From an uncultured Acidobacterium sp. (lineage in GTDB: Bacteria > Acidobacteriota > Vicinamibacteria > Vicinamibacterales > UBA2999), in contig CAYHCX010000017.1 in NCBI GenBank assembly GCA_964355095.1, positions 1 to 57,345 on the forward strand: a stretch of 57,345 bases of DNA. Direction: 5' to 3'. Every line of letters begins with the position of its first letter. Position 1 is the first letter of the stretch. The notes under the pieces were generated by a model. That model saw nothing but the letters and a program-made list of their open reading frames with translations, searched no databases and was not told where the DNA came from. Positions 35,584 to 45,523 of the stretch are shown one piece after another. Made by a program: the position numbers and the translations under genes.

Positions 35584-37620
35584 ATGGACGAGCTCCGTCC
35601 GTTGCGAATCATTCTCACCAGTATCGTGATCGCACCTGAGTTACGCCGTTCACTCCTCTTCACGTACGCCGTCGTCGTGATGGTGATGGCTGCCCTCTAC
35701 GTGATGTTCTGGCATTATCCGATCGTGAGTTACGGTGACGACCTGATTCTCTACAATCCGCGCGTCTTCGACGGGCCGGCCTCGCAGTTCTTCTCGCAGC
35801 ACCTGTTCGTCAACGGGCGGTTGTCGTCGAACGTGACGCACCTGCTGGTGGCCCTGTGGGTCCGGGTCATGGACTGGACGCCGCTGGACTTTCCGTGGCT
35901 GTCGACGCGTCTGCTGTCGTTGGGCCTCGTCACGCTCAGCGCGGTCAATTTCTTGTTCGGGTGGGCCAGTCGCATTGGCGAGCGCGGATGGCGCCCTTGC
36001 GTACTGGCCGTCGGTTTGATCGCGGTCGGCTATACCGCCCATCCCTACGTCATCACGTCGCTGTACGGCTACACCGCGTTCATGTTCGTCCATACCCTGC
36101 CGCTGTTCCTGGCGTCGGTACTCTTCCTGGCTTCGTCGCCGCCGGATGCGAGCCGGGTGTGGGGTGTGACAGGAGCGCTGCTGTTCCTGTACGTGTCGCT
36201 CACGAGCGAGCAAACCATCACCCTGCTGCCGGTGCTGGCGATTTGGGCGGCGATCGACCCGTCTATGGTCGCTCGCAACGGCTGGCGAAGTGCGGTTCGC
36301 CGTGGTGCGGCTGTGACACTGTTGTTCCTGATCTCGGCGGCGGTCTATTTTTCCGTGCCGTCCCAGCGGGCGCGGCTCACCATCGTCGGAGCCGGCGGCG
36401 AACAGTTCGATCTCAAGCGATGGCTAACGCTGGGACATCAGCCGGTGGGGGAACTGCTCGGCGAGATCGCGCTGCCTCCGTGGGTCGGCACGCTGTCGGT
36501 GGCCATTGCTGCGGCGCTGGCCGCGCGCGTCCTGTGGCACGTCTTCAGCCTCCGCGGTCGCGCGTGGCACCAGCGAGCCCTTGCCGGGTATTGGGCCGTC
36601 GGTTTCTACCTGACGTTTCTCGCCAGCTGCATTCATTACGTGATGACACCGTACAACCCGCCGGAGGCGGCGGTGTTACCGGTGTTCTTCTTGCTTCTGG
36701 CCGCCTTCGCCGCGGTCTATTCGGTGTCCGGTCCGCTCGCGTCGCTGCTGGAAACGTCGAAGCCTGCACGGTTGGCCGGCGCTTCGCTGGCGGCCGCCGG
36801 AGTGGTGGCGATTGGTCTCATCAACGTGCCGGACAGCATCAGTCACCTTGGCCGCGAAATCGGAAAGGGCAGCGGCCGCTCGGGAACCTACACCGCGTTG
36901 CTTGCCGGAATTCGCGGCGACGCGTCGACGCGCCTGCACTTGCAATGGTGCGCTCCCTATTGGGACTCAGTCGGCGGAATTGGCTCACTGCTGGATTGGG
37001 CGAACGCGACACAGCCGGCAACATTCGAGAGAATATTCGCAGACGGTACATGGATGCCGCCCGGATGGATGACCGCGACCACCCTCGTCGGATTTGAAGC
37101 CATTCCATGCAGCGTCGCACTGCCGCCGTTCTCGAAGGCGGCGCGCGCGGGGGAGCCGCTGGAACTGCTGCGATCGGCGTATCACGTCGCGGAAACAGAC
37201 GGCAAGACTCACGGCGCATTTTGGGCGGACTATGGGTTGTACAGCGACTTCCGTTCCTGTTCGATAGAGGTCGACTTCAACCCGCATCCCGAGGTGAGCC
37301 CCGATCTCAAGGCTCATCTCGCCGGTGACGTCGAGATTCGCGAACAGGATGGGCACATCCGCGCGTCATGGAAGATCCGGTCGATGACGCCGAACGGCGA
37401 GGGCATCGGCTTCGGCGTTGCGGTGGTCACGCCGGAAGGGCAGGCGGTTGAGCCGGCTGCCGCGTCGCTGCCGGACTCGGGGACCGCGTTCGTCGTGCGT
37501 CCGGCCGCATGGCCAGCGTTGCTGCGTCTTCGCATTGAGCCGTTCACGGCCACCTATGACGCGCTGCACGGCATCAATTTCACCACCATGCTGAAGCCGG
37601 AGATCCGCTGCCGTCCGTGA
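35584..37620 (+). CDS. Large polytopic membrane protein with a roughly 230-aa C-terminal soluble domain; function unknown (GT-C-like architecture)
   Basis: 678-aa ORF with about 12 helices in the first 430 aa. No family motif was recognised. Confidence 0.6.
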   Translation: MDELRPLRIILTSIVIAPELRRSLLFTYAVVVMVMAALYVMFWHYPIVSYGDDLILYNPRVFDGPASQFFSQHLFVNGRLSSNVTHLLVALWVRVMDWTPLDFPWLSTRLLSLGLVTLSAVNFLFGWASRIGERGWRPCVLAVGLIAVGYTAHPYVITSLYGYTAFMFVHTLPLFLASVLFLASSPPDASRVWGVTGALLFLYVSLTSEQTITLLPVLAIWAAIDPSMVARNGWRSAVRRGAAVTLLFLISAAVYFSVPSQRARLTIVGAGGEQFDLKRWLTLGHQPVGELLGEIALPPWVGTLSVAIAAALAARVLWHVFSLRGRAWHQRALAGYWAVGFYLTFLASCIHYVMTPYNPPEAAVLPVFFLLLAAFAAVYSVSGPLASLLETSKPARLAGASLAAAGVVAIGLINVPDSISHLGREIGKGSGRSGTYTALLAGIRGDASTRLHLQWCAPYWDSVGGIGSLLDWANATQPATFERIFADGTWMPPGWMTATTLVGFEAIPCSVALPPFSKAARAGEPLELLRSAYHVAETDGKTHGAFWADYGLYSDFRSCSIEVDFNPHPEVSPDLKAHLAGDVEIREQDGHIRASWKIRSMTPNGEGIGFGVAVVTPEGQAVEPAAASLPDSGTAFVVRPAAWPALLRLRIEPFTATYDALHGINFTTMLKPEIRCRP

Positions 37621-38801
37621 CCACCACCCCACGATCCGGTTCGGTTAACGGGCGTCCTGTTCGGGTCCTCGCGTCCGCGCTCTCGGCAAAGAGTTACGGC
37701 GGTGATTCGTACTTCCGATCGATCCTGCCGACCATGTCGCGCGCTGTCGACCGCGTGGAGTGCCTGCTGCTCGTTTCAGATCAACGCTATGCCGAGTTTT
37801 GCAAACCGGACGGGGCCGTTCGGCTGATCGAGGTCCAGTTGCCGGAGTGGGCGAGGGGGCAGGGGCGAATCGCGTGGGAGCAGTTTCATCTGCCGTCGCT
37901 CGCGCGCGCGCACGGCGCCTCGGTGATCTACACACCGAACAACTGTGGCGTGATCGGATCCCGCATCCCGTCGGTGATCGCTATCCGCAACATGGAGCCG
38001 CTGACGCCACTGCGGCTGCCGGCGCCGGCGTCAACCCGGTTGCGGCACGCGACGCTGTCGAGGTACACGCGCGTTTCGGCGCGCGCCGCGGCGCGCGTGA
38101 TCGCCGTATCGGGCGCCGTTCGCGACCAGGTCCTGGCGATGGGCGTGCCCGCCGATCGGATCGACGTCATCTACCACGGCGCCGACGATTTACCTCGTCC
38201 GGATCTGTCGCGGCCTCCCGCCGGCGGCTTCATGGCCGCGGCGGCGAAGTTCGTGCGCTACGCCAATCTCGAAACGATGATTCGCGCATTCCGCATCCTC
38301 CGCGACCGTGGCTACGCTGGTCATCTTCGTGTGGCCGGCGGCGGCCACGATGCCTTGTATGAGGGAGAGATCCGGCGCTTGACGACGAGCCTCGGTCTTG
38401 ACGAGACGGTCCAGTTCCTTGGCTACCGTCCGCGGGCCGAGGTCCTATTGCTGATGCGTGATTGTGACGCGTTTCTGTTCCCATCGACGCTCGAGGCCTG
38501 CCCATTCACCTTGCTGGAAGCGATGAGCCAGGGCGCGGCGATTGTCGCGACGGTCTGCCCGCCCATGCCGGAATTCGCAGCCGACGGGGCGGAACTGGTG
38601 CCGGCGACCGATACTACCGGCTTTGCCGAAGCGGCGTGGCGACTGGTCCAAGACACAGCGGCCGCAGCGGCCCTGCGAGAACGCGCCGCGGCGCGCGCTG
38701 CCGTCTTCCGCTGGTCGGAAACCGTCGAGCGCATGGTGCGAACATGGGAGCGTGCGGCCGACGATCGCACGCCCGAACCTAGCCTCAGCCGTATTGACTA
38801 A
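37617..38801 (+). CDS. GT4-family (group 1) glycosyltransferase
   Basis: GTGA overlap with the upstream gene. C-terminal FLFPSTLEACPFTLLEAMSQGAAIVAT (EX7E). Confidence 0.85.
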   Translation: MTTTPRSGSVNGRPVRVLASALSAKSYGGDSYFRSILPTMSRAVDRVECLLLVSDQRYAEFCKPDGAVRLIEVQLPEWARGQGRIAWEQFHLPSLARAHGASVIYTPNNCGVIGSRIPSVIAIRNMEPLTPLRLPAPASTRLRHATLSRYTRVSARAAARVIAVSGAVRDQVLAMGVPADRIDVIYHGADDLPRPDLSRPPAGGFMAAAAKFVRYANLETMIRAFRILRDRGYAGHLRVAGGGHDALYEGEIRRLTTSLGLDETVQFLGYRPRAEVLLLMRDCDAFLFPSTLEACPFTLLEAMSQGAAIVATVCPPMPEFAADGAELVPATDTTGFAEAAWRLVQDTAAAAALRERAAARAAVFRWSETVERMVRTWERAADDRTPEPSLSRID

Positions 38802-38962
38802 TTGCACCGGAATGGGCGAAAATCCTTGCATACTCGCTGAATATCACCGACCCTGTCTGCTGCCGATTTGCTTCTCCGCCGACCGATTTCGTACCTGCTG
38901 ATTGAGGTCAGTCCTCCGCGCAAGGCGTCTGTAGGCCGCGCGTGCTTAAAGGATCAGTGCTA

Positions 38963-40174
38963 ATGCGCCCGTTGTTTTCCATTGTGATGCCGACCCGGAA
39001 CCGTGCTCGAACCCTCGAGCACGCGCTGAAGACGGCCGTCAACCAGGATTTTGACCACTATGAAGTCGTCGTCGTCGACAACCAGTCCACCGACAATACT
39101 GCGGCCCTGGTCAAGGGCCACGACAGCCCGCGGGTCCGTTACGTCTCGCCGCCCGAAACGCTGTGCATGACGCGCAACTGGGACTTCGCTCTCGCGCAGG
39201 CACGCGGTGACTACACCATCGTGCTGAGCGACGATGACGGCTTGTTGCCGAACTGCCTGTCGACATTGGCGCGCGTGATCCGCGAGTCGAAGGCCAAGGT
39301 GGTGCAGTGGCATCGCGCGCAATACAACTGGCCGGCCTACAAGATTGGCGACCTGCCGAATTCGGTTTTGTATACACAGCCGCGCTATCAGGCCGGCATG
39401 GTGCCCGCGAAGAAGATTCTGAACGACGCGATCTTTCACATCGGCTGCAACGACACGCCCGGTCTTGTCAACGCCGCCGTCCACGCCGACGTGTTTGCCG
39501 CGATTCGCGCGAAGACCGGCGGGCGTGCAATCGTCGCACACGCCCCCGACAATTCGTCGGGTTTGATGATCCCGTGCGTGACCGACGAGATTTTTGTCTA
39601 CGACAAGGTGATCAGCATCGCCGGGTTGTCCGAGTTCTCGACCGGTGTCTCGCTCCATCTGAATACCGGGCGCGAGGCGATCGGCCGCGAGTTCATGGAA
39701 ATGACCAAGCGCGAGGGTTACACCACCAAGTATGTCGAGACCCACGGGTTCTCGACGGCGTCGTGCGTGCTCGACGGCCTGCACGATGTCGGGCGGTATT
39801 TTCCGGAACACATCCATCTCGATCGGGTCGACTTCATCAAAGGCACCGCGCAGTCGGTGTTCGAGCTGTCGATGTTTTCGTCCCCCGAGGTGAGCCAGGC
39901 CCTGACGCGGTCGCTGATTACCATGGTGCGCGAGACCTATGGCGCCGCCGCGGAGCGGCGGTTCCGGAGACTGCTCATCAAGAACCGCCTCGTCTCGATC
40001 GTCACGACCGACGCGATGAAGCCGGTCGGGGAGCTGCTCCGCATCGTTCTGCGCAAGCCGTACCGCGGCCGCGACATCTTCAACGGCGACGATCATGGGT
40101 TCGACAACATTGCCGGTGCGTGCGACTTCCTGCATCGTCACTTGTCCGGCGGCGCGGCGGCGCGCGCGGCGTAG
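38963..40174 (+). CDS. GT2-family glycosyltransferase with extended C-terminal domain
   Basis: LFSIVMPTRNRARTLEHAL, VVVVDNQSTDNT, LSDDDG. Preceded by a 160-bp gap. Confidence 0.8.
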   Translation: MRPLFSIVMPTRNRARTLEHALKTAVNQDFDHYEVVVVDNQSTDNTAALVKGHDSPRVRYVSPPETLCMTRNWDFALAQARGDYTIVLSDDDGLLPNCLSTLARVIRESKAKVVQWHRAQYNWPAYKIGDLPNSVLYTQPRYQAGMVPAKKILNDAIFHIGCNDTPGLVNAAVHADVFAAIRAKTGGRAIVAHAPDNSSGLMIPCVTDEIFVYDKVISIAGLSEFSTGVSLHLNTGREAIGREFMEMTKREGYTTKYVETHGFSTASCVLDGLHDVGRYFPEHIHLDRVDFIKGTAQSVFELSMFSSPEVSQALTRSLITMVRETYGAAAERRFRRLLIKNRLVSIVTTDAMKPVGELLRIVLRKPYRGRDIFNGDDHGFDNIAGACDFLHRHLSGGAAARAA

Positions 40175-40182
40175 GTGACGAC

Positions 40183-40950
40183 ATGAAGGTGGTCATTCTG
40201 GCGGGCGGGCTCGGCACGCGGATCGGCGAGGAAACGTACCTCAAGCCGAAGCCGATGATCGAGATCGGCGGCAAGCCGATTCTCTGGCACATCATGAAGA
40301 TCTACTCGTCGCACGGGCTCAACGAGTTCATCATTTGCCTGGGCTACAAAGGCTACGTGATCAAGGAGTATTTCTCGAACTACTTCCTACACACCTCCGA
40401 CGTGACGTTCGACATCCCGCGGAACAAGATGGAAGTGCACCACAACAACGCCGAGCCGTGGCGCGTGACGCTGGTCGATACCGGCGAGCAGACCATGACG
40501 GGCGGTCGCTTACTGCGGGTTCGCTCGTTTCTTGACGAAGAGGATTTTTGCTTTACCTACGGCGACGGCGTCAGCGACATCAACATCACCGAGCTTATTG
40601 CGTTTCATAAGGCGCAGGGTACGCTGGCCACGGTGGCGGCCGCGCAGCCGCCCGGGCGGTTCGGCTCGCTCAACATTGCCGGCACCAAGGTCGTGAACTT
40701 CGACGAGAAACCGGTCGGGGACGGCGGCTGGATCAACGGCGGCTTCTTCGTGCTATCGCCCAAAGTGATCGATTACCTGGAGGGCGACGACACGGTGTGG
40801 GAGCGCGACCCGCTCGAGCGCCTGGCGGCCGAGCAGAACTTGTCGGTGTTCCTGCACAAGGGCTTCTGGAAACCGATGGACACGCCGCGCGACAAGGCGG
40901 CCCTCGAGGAGTTGTGGGCGACCGGCGCGCCGTGGAAAACATGGAGCTGA
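40183..40950 (+). CDS. rfbF: Glucose-1-phosphate cytidylyltransferase
   Basis: MKVVILAGGLGTRIGEETYLKPKPMIEIGGKPILWHIMKIYSSHG...TYGDGVSD...EKP..DGGWINGGFFV. 255 aa. Confidence 0.9.
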   Translation: MKVVILAGGLGTRIGEETYLKPKPMIEIGGKPILWHIMKIYSSHGLNEFIICLGYKGYVIKEYFSNYFLHTSDVTFDIPRNKMEVHHNNAEPWRVTLVDTGEQTMTGGRLLRVRSFLDEEDFCFTYGDGVSDINITELIAFHKAQGTLATVAAAQPPGRFGSLNIAGTKVVNFDEKPVGDGGWINGGFFVLSPKVIDYLEGDDTVWERDPLERLAAEQNLSVFLHKGFWKPMDTPRDKAALEELWATGAPWKTWS

Positions 40951-42173
40951 GCTGTCGGTCGTGCGGCGCTCAGCTGCAACAGACGTTCGTGGACCTCGGC
41001 GTCTCGCCGCTGGCGAACTCGTACCTGGAGCCGGATCAGCTGTCGCGCATGGAGCCGTTCTATCCGCTGCATGCGTACGTCTGCGGCCAATGTTTCCTGG
41101 TGCAGGTCGGCGAGTTCCAGAGTCCCGAGGCGATCTTCGGCGACTACGCCTACTTCGCGTCGTACTCTGACAGCTGGCTGGCTCACGCGCGGTTGTATGC
41201 CGGCCGGATGCGCGAGCGGCTGTCGCTCGGCACGACGAGCCAGGTCGTCGAGATCGCCAGCAACGACGGCTACCTGCTGCAGTACTTCAAGGAGCACGAC
41301 ATTCCCGTTCTCGGCGTCGAGCCGGCCTCGAACGTCGCCGCGGTCGCGATCGAAAAGGGCATTCCGACGGAGATCGCGTTCTTCGGCGAGACGACGGCGC
41401 GGGCCCTCGCCGCGCGCGGCTTCTCCGCCGATCTGCTGCTCGGCAACAATGTGCTCGCCCATGTGCCGGCGCTCAACGACTTCGTGGAAGGCATGCGCAT
41501 TATGTTGAAGCCCTCCGGAACCCTCACCATGGAGTTTCCGCACCTGCTGCGACTGATGGAGGGTAGTCAGTTCGACACGATGTACCACGAGCATTTCTCG
41601 TATCTGTCGATGATCGCCGTCGAGTCGCTGTTCGCGCGGCACGACTTGGTGATCTTCGACGTCGAGGAGCTGCCCACACATGGCGGCTCGCTGCGCATTT
41701 ACGCCCGCCATGCGGCCGACACGGCGCGGCCGGTGACCGACGCGGTGGCGCGACTCAAGGACGTGGAGCGCGCGAACGGGCTGGCGACGCCGGCGGCATA
41801 TGCGTCGTTCACCGAGCAGGTCAAGACGGTGAAGCGCGGGTTGCTGCAGTTCCTCATCCAGGCGAAGCAAGAGGGCAAGACCGTGGTTGGCTACGGCGCG
41901 CCGGCGAAGGGCAACACGTTGCTCAATTACTGCGGCGTCGGCACCGATTTCGTCGATTACACGACCGACCGCAGCCCTCACAAACAGGGGCGCTTCCTGC
42001 CGGGCACGCGCATCCCGATCTTCGCGCCCGAACGCATCCGCGAAACGCGTCCTGATTACCTCCTGATCCTGCCGTGGAATCTCAAGGACGAAATCTGCGA
42101 GCAAATGTCGTACGTGCGCGAGTGGGGCGGACGCTTCGTCGTGCCGATTCCGACGCTGGAAGTGCTGGCGTGA
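40941..42173 (+). CDS. NDP-hexose C-methyltransferase (TylCIII-type), paralog of 24448
   Basis: CRSCGAQL...SPLANSYL...CGQCFLVQV, FGDYAYFAS, VVEIASNDG, HEHFSYLS, VGYGAPAKGNT. Overlaps the rfbF 3' end by 10 nt. Confidence 0.85.
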   Translation: MELSCRSCGAQLQQTFVDLGVSPLANSYLEPDQLSRMEPFYPLHAYVCGQCFLVQVGEFQSPEAIFGDYAYFASYSDSWLAHARLYAGRMRERLSLGTTSQVVEIASNDGYLLQYFKEHDIPVLGVEPASNVAAVAIEKGIPTEIAFFGETTARALAARGFSADLLLGNNVLAHVPALNDFVEGMRIMLKPSGTLTMEFPHLLRLMEGSQFDTMYHEHFSYLSMIAVESLFARHDLVIFDVEELPTHGGSLRIYARHAADTARPVTDAVARLKDVERANGLATPAAYASFTEQVKTVKRGLLQFLIQAKQEGKTVVGYGAPAKGNTLLNYCGVGTDFVDYTTDRSPHKQGRFLPGTRIPIFAPERIRETRPDYLLILPWNLKDEICEQMSYVREWGGRFVVPIPTLEVLA

Positions 42174-42180
42174 GCATCCC

Positions 42181-43215
42181 ATGATCTCGAGAGTTCTGGT
42201 AACTGGTTCCGAAGGCTATATCGGCTCGGTGATGGTGCCGATGCTCCTCGCCGAGCAGTTCGAGGTGGCCGGGCTCGACGTCGGCTTCTACGCCGACGGC
42301 AATCTCACCGGTGACGCGACGCGCGGCTATCCGGTGATCGCCAAGGACGTTCGCGATGTGACCGCGAAGGATCTGGACGGCTTCGACGCCGTGATTCACC
42401 TGGCAGCGCTCAGCAACGATCCGCTGGGACATCTCGACGAGGCGCTGACCTACGACATCAACTTCACCGGATCGGTCCGCATCGCAAAGGCGGCGCGGTC
42501 GGCCGGCGTCCGCCGCTTCATTTTCGCGAGCTCGTGCTCGCTCTATGGCTTGTCGAGCAAAGTGCTCATCGAGAGCGATGCCGCCAATCCCCAGACCGCC
42601 TACGGTCGATCAAAGGTGATGGCCGAGGAGGCGATTGGGCAGCTGGCGACCGACACTTTCAGCCCGACGTTCATGAGGAATGCGACCGCCTACGGCGTCT
42701 CGCCGCGGATGCGGTTCGATCTGGTGGTCAACAGCCTCGCCGGTTTCGCGCACACCGAGGGCGCGATTCGCATCATGGGCGACGGCACCCCGTGGCGGCC
42801 GCTCGTGCACATTCGCGACATCAGTGCCGCGTGTATCGCCGTCCTGAGGCAAGACCAATCCGCGATCCATAACCAGGCGTTCAACGTTGGCGACGATCAC
42901 GAGAACTATCAAGTGAAGACGATCGCCGAGCGGATCCGGCAGCAGGCGTACCCGGCGTGCGCGATCACCGTCGCCCAGCAGAATGCCGGCGATACCCGCG
43001 ACTACCGCGTCGGCTTCGGCAAACTCAAAGAGCGCCTGCAGTTCGCGCCGGAGGTGAGCCTCAACCAGGGCGTGGACGATATCCATCGGGCCTACGCGAA
43101 CATTCCGCTGACGGCCGGGCTCTTCGACCATCGCCTCTATACGCGGCTCAAGCAGATTCAGTGGCTGCAACAGCAACGCCAGATTGACCCGGCGCTGCGG
43201 TGGGCCGGACAGTGA
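42181..43215 (+). CDS. NAD-dependent nucleotide-sugar epimerase/dehydratase (extended SDR)
   Basis: VLVTGSEGYIGS, ASSCSLYG, YGRSKVMAE. Confidence 0.85.
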   Translation: MISRVLVTGSEGYIGSVMVPMLLAEQFEVAGLDVGFYADGNLTGDATRGYPVIAKDVRDVTAKDLDGFDAVIHLAALSNDPLGHLDEALTYDINFTGSVRIAKAARSAGVRRFIFASSCSLYGLSSKVLIESDAANPQTAYGRSKVMAEEAIGQLATDTFSPTFMRNATAYGVSPRMRFDLVVNSLAGFAHTEGAIRIMGDGTPWRPLVHIRDISAACIAVLRQDQSAIHNQAFNVGDDHENYQVKTIAERIRQQAYPACAITVAQQNAGDTRDYRVGFGKLKERLQFAPEVSLNQGVDDIHRAYANIPLTAGLFDHRLYTRLKQIQWLQQQRQIDPALRWAGQ

Positions 43216-43763
43216 CGGTCGAGACCGCACCGATTGCCGGCGCGGCGCTCGTGACCTTTCCAGGCTCGGCGGACCATCGAGGCTCCTTCGCGCGGACGTT
43301 CTCGGTCGAGGTTCTCGAGCAGCTCGGGCCGGGCCGAAGGGTGATCCAGTCGAACCATTCGATCACGCACGCGCGAGGCGCGATCCGTGGCATGCACTAC
43401 CAGTTGCCCCCTCATGCGGAAATCAAACTGGTGCGGTGCATTCACGGCGCCGTCTTTGACGTGATCATCGACCTGCGCGCCGGTTCGCCGACGTTGTTGA
43501 AATGGTACGGGGCGGTGCTCAATGCCGACAACCGGCGCACGATGTTTGTGCCCGAAGGCTGTGCGCATGGCTTTCAAGTGCTCGAGCCGGACAGCGAACT
43601 GGTCTACTTTCACACGGCGCCGTACAGCCCGCCGCACGAACAGGCCGTGCGCTACGACGATCCGGCGGTCGGCATTCAGTGGCCGCTGCCAGTGTCGGAC
43701 GTCTCCGATCGCGACCAGCGCCATCCACTGGTCGGCGGCGATTTTTCCGGCATCGTCGTCTGA
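43200..43763 (+). CDS. NDP-4-keto-6-deoxyhexose 3,5-epimerase (RmlC family)
   Basis: DHRGSFARTF, IRGMHYQ, KLVRCIHGAVFDVIIDLR, FVPEGCAHGF, YD. Start is GTG 43200 or GTG 43212. Confidence 0.85.
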   Translation: MGRTVTVETAPIAGAALVTFPGSADHRGSFARTFSVEVLEQLGPGRRVIQSNHSITHARGAIRGMHYQLPPHAEIKLVRCIHGAVFDVIIDLRAGSPTLLKWYGAVLNADNRRTMFVPEGCAHGFQVLEPDSELVYFHTAPYSPPHEQAVRYDDPAVGIQWPLPVSDVSDRDQRHPLVGGDFSGIVV

Positions 43764-43779
43764 CGCCGAGAGGACCCAC

Positions 43780-44742
43780 ATGAAGACCGACAAGCAGTAT
43801 CTCGAGGAAGAAGCGCAAGCCTTCGATCAGCGCATTTCGACGCGCGTCGAATCGGGTTATGTCGCCGATCTCCGCCGCGCCGTGAAGTGCGATTACTTTT
43901 ACAAGAGCTTCTGGCGCGAACCGCATTTCATCAAGCTTTACCTCGGCTGGATCGTCGACGGCATTCTCGAACTGCTCAAGACCCACGTCGGTCCCGGCGC
44001 GCGGATTCTCGACGTCGGCTGCGGCGCCGGTTACATGTCGCTGGAGTTCGCCCGCAACGGCTACCATGTGACGGCCATTGACATTTCTGAGGCGTGCATC
44101 ACGACGGCGCGCGAGGTGCTCACAGACAATCCGTACAAGGCCGGGTTCGGGTCGCTGGAATATCACGCCATGCCTTTCGAGGCGGTGGAGGGGCGGTACG
44201 ACGTGGTGATGTTCTGCGTGTCGATGCATCACCTCAGCGACGTGCAGGCAGCCGTCGACAAATCGGTTTCGATGCTGGCTCCGGGCGGCCATCTGATTTG
44301 CTACGAGCCGTGCCACGATCGATTCGAGCGGAAGGACGCCGCGCAAGTGGCGTTGATCCGCGGACTGATGTCGATTGCCGGTCTCTGGTTCGACCCGTCG
44401 GAACCGGGTGAGGCGACTCGCAGCGAAGCGGCGCTCAGCACCTACATCGACGATGTCCGCACGGAGTATATGACCGAGCGCGACAAGAACGAACCGGGCG
44501 GGCAGTCGCCTCACGACCTGTCGGCCGACGGCGAGCAGATCCTGGCCGCGTTGCGATCGCGCCTGACCGAAGTGGCGTTCCGGCCCGGATGCTCATTCAT
44601 CTACCGGCTGGTTGGCGGCCTGCGCGGGCCCGAACAGGTGGTGCACGATCTCGCGACCTTCATCGCTCAATACGAGCGCCTGATGGTGAGCGAAGGGGCG
44701 CTCAATCCGAACATGTTCTTTTTCGCCGGCCGAAAGCCGTAA
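43780..44742 (+). CDS. Class I SAM-dependent methyltransferase
   Basis: ILDVGCGAGYMS, VTAIDIS, VVMFCVSMHHL. Confidence 0.8.
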   Translation: MKTDKQYLEEEAQAFDQRISTRVESGYVADLRRAVKCDYFYKSFWREPHFIKLYLGWIVDGILELLKTHVGPGARILDVGCGAGYMSLEFARNGYHVTAIDISEACITTAREVLTDNPYKAGFGSLEYHAMPFEAVEGRYDVVMFCVSMHHLSDVQAAVDKSVSMLAPGGHLICYEPCHDRFERKDAAQVALIRGLMSIAGLWFDPSEPGEATRSEAALSTYIDDVRTEYMTERDKNEPGGQSPHDLSADGEQILAALRSRLTEVAFRPGCSFIYRLVGGLRGPEQVVHDLATFIAQYERLMVSEGALNPNMFFFAGRKP

Positions 44743-44751
44743 CCGGACTCG

Positions 44752-45522
44752 ATGAAACTGACAATTGATCTGGACGCGGGGCGCGTCGTGGTCGACGACA
44801 ACGGCCGCGAGCAGATCCTCCCAATTGGATCGCCCGACGCGTTCGCGGCGATCGCCAAGGCCTACATCCGCGCGGGCTGGGACACCAAGTACGTCTACAG
44901 CTTTACCTGGCTCGGCCGGCCAATCATCCAGTTGCCGGACGACATGATTCGGCTCCAGGAGATCGTCTACGCCGTCCAGCCAGACGTCATCGTTGACATT
45001 GGCGTGGCGCACGGCGGCTCGCTCGTGTTCTTGGCGAGTCTGTGCAAGGCGATGGACCGCGGCCGCGTCGTCGGCGTCGACATCGAGATCCGTCCCCATA
45101 ACCGCGCCGCCATCGAAGCGCATCCGATGTTCAAATGGATCACCCTGATCGAGGGTGACTCGATCAGCGCCGCGGCGTCGGACCAGATTCGCGCCCAGCT
45201 GGCGCCCGGCGACCGCACACTGTTTCTCCTCGACGGCCGCCATACGCGCGACCATGTTCGCGCCGAGCTCGAGCTCTACGCACCGCTCGTCAGCGTCGGC
45301 TCCTACATCGTCGCGATGGACGGCATTCAGAAAGACATGGTGGGCGCGCCGCGATCGAGCCCGGATTGGGCGACCAATAACCCGACGGTCGCGGCGATCG
45401 AGTTCGTGCGGGACCATCCCGATTTCGTGCTCGAAGATCCGCCGATCCCGTTCAACGAAGGTACGGTCACCGTCCACGTCGTCACCTACTGGCCCCAGGC
45501 ATTCGTGAAACGCATCCGCTAG
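44752..45522 (+). CDS. CmcI (cephalosporin hydroxylase)-family methyltransferase, sugar O-methyltransferase-like
   Basis: YSFTWLGRPIIQLPDDMIRLQEIVYAVQPDVIVDIGVAHGGSLVF, typical of the CmcI fold family. Confidence 0.75.
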   Translation: MKLTIDLDAGRVVVDDNGREQILPIGSPDAFAAIAKAYIRAGWDTKYVYSFTWLGRPIIQLPDDMIRLQEIVYAVQPDVIVDIGVAHGGSLVFLASLCKAMDRGRVVGVDIEIRPHNRAAIEAHPMFKWITLIEGDSISAAASDQIRAQLAPGDRTLFLLDGRHTRDHVRAELELYAPLVSVGSYIVAMDGIQKDMVGAPRSSPDWATNNPTVAAIEFVRDHPDFVLEDPPIPFNEGTVTVHVVTYWPQAFVKRIR

Positions 45523-45523
45523 C

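Noticed and set aside
38802-38962. A promoter in the 160-bp gap before the GT2 gene at 38963 (TTGCAT ... TATCAC).
   Set aside because: The spacer between the two hexamers is only about 10 nt, and no alternative pair with 16-19 nt spacing was found. The gap may still hold a promoter, but I cannot support one from the sequence.
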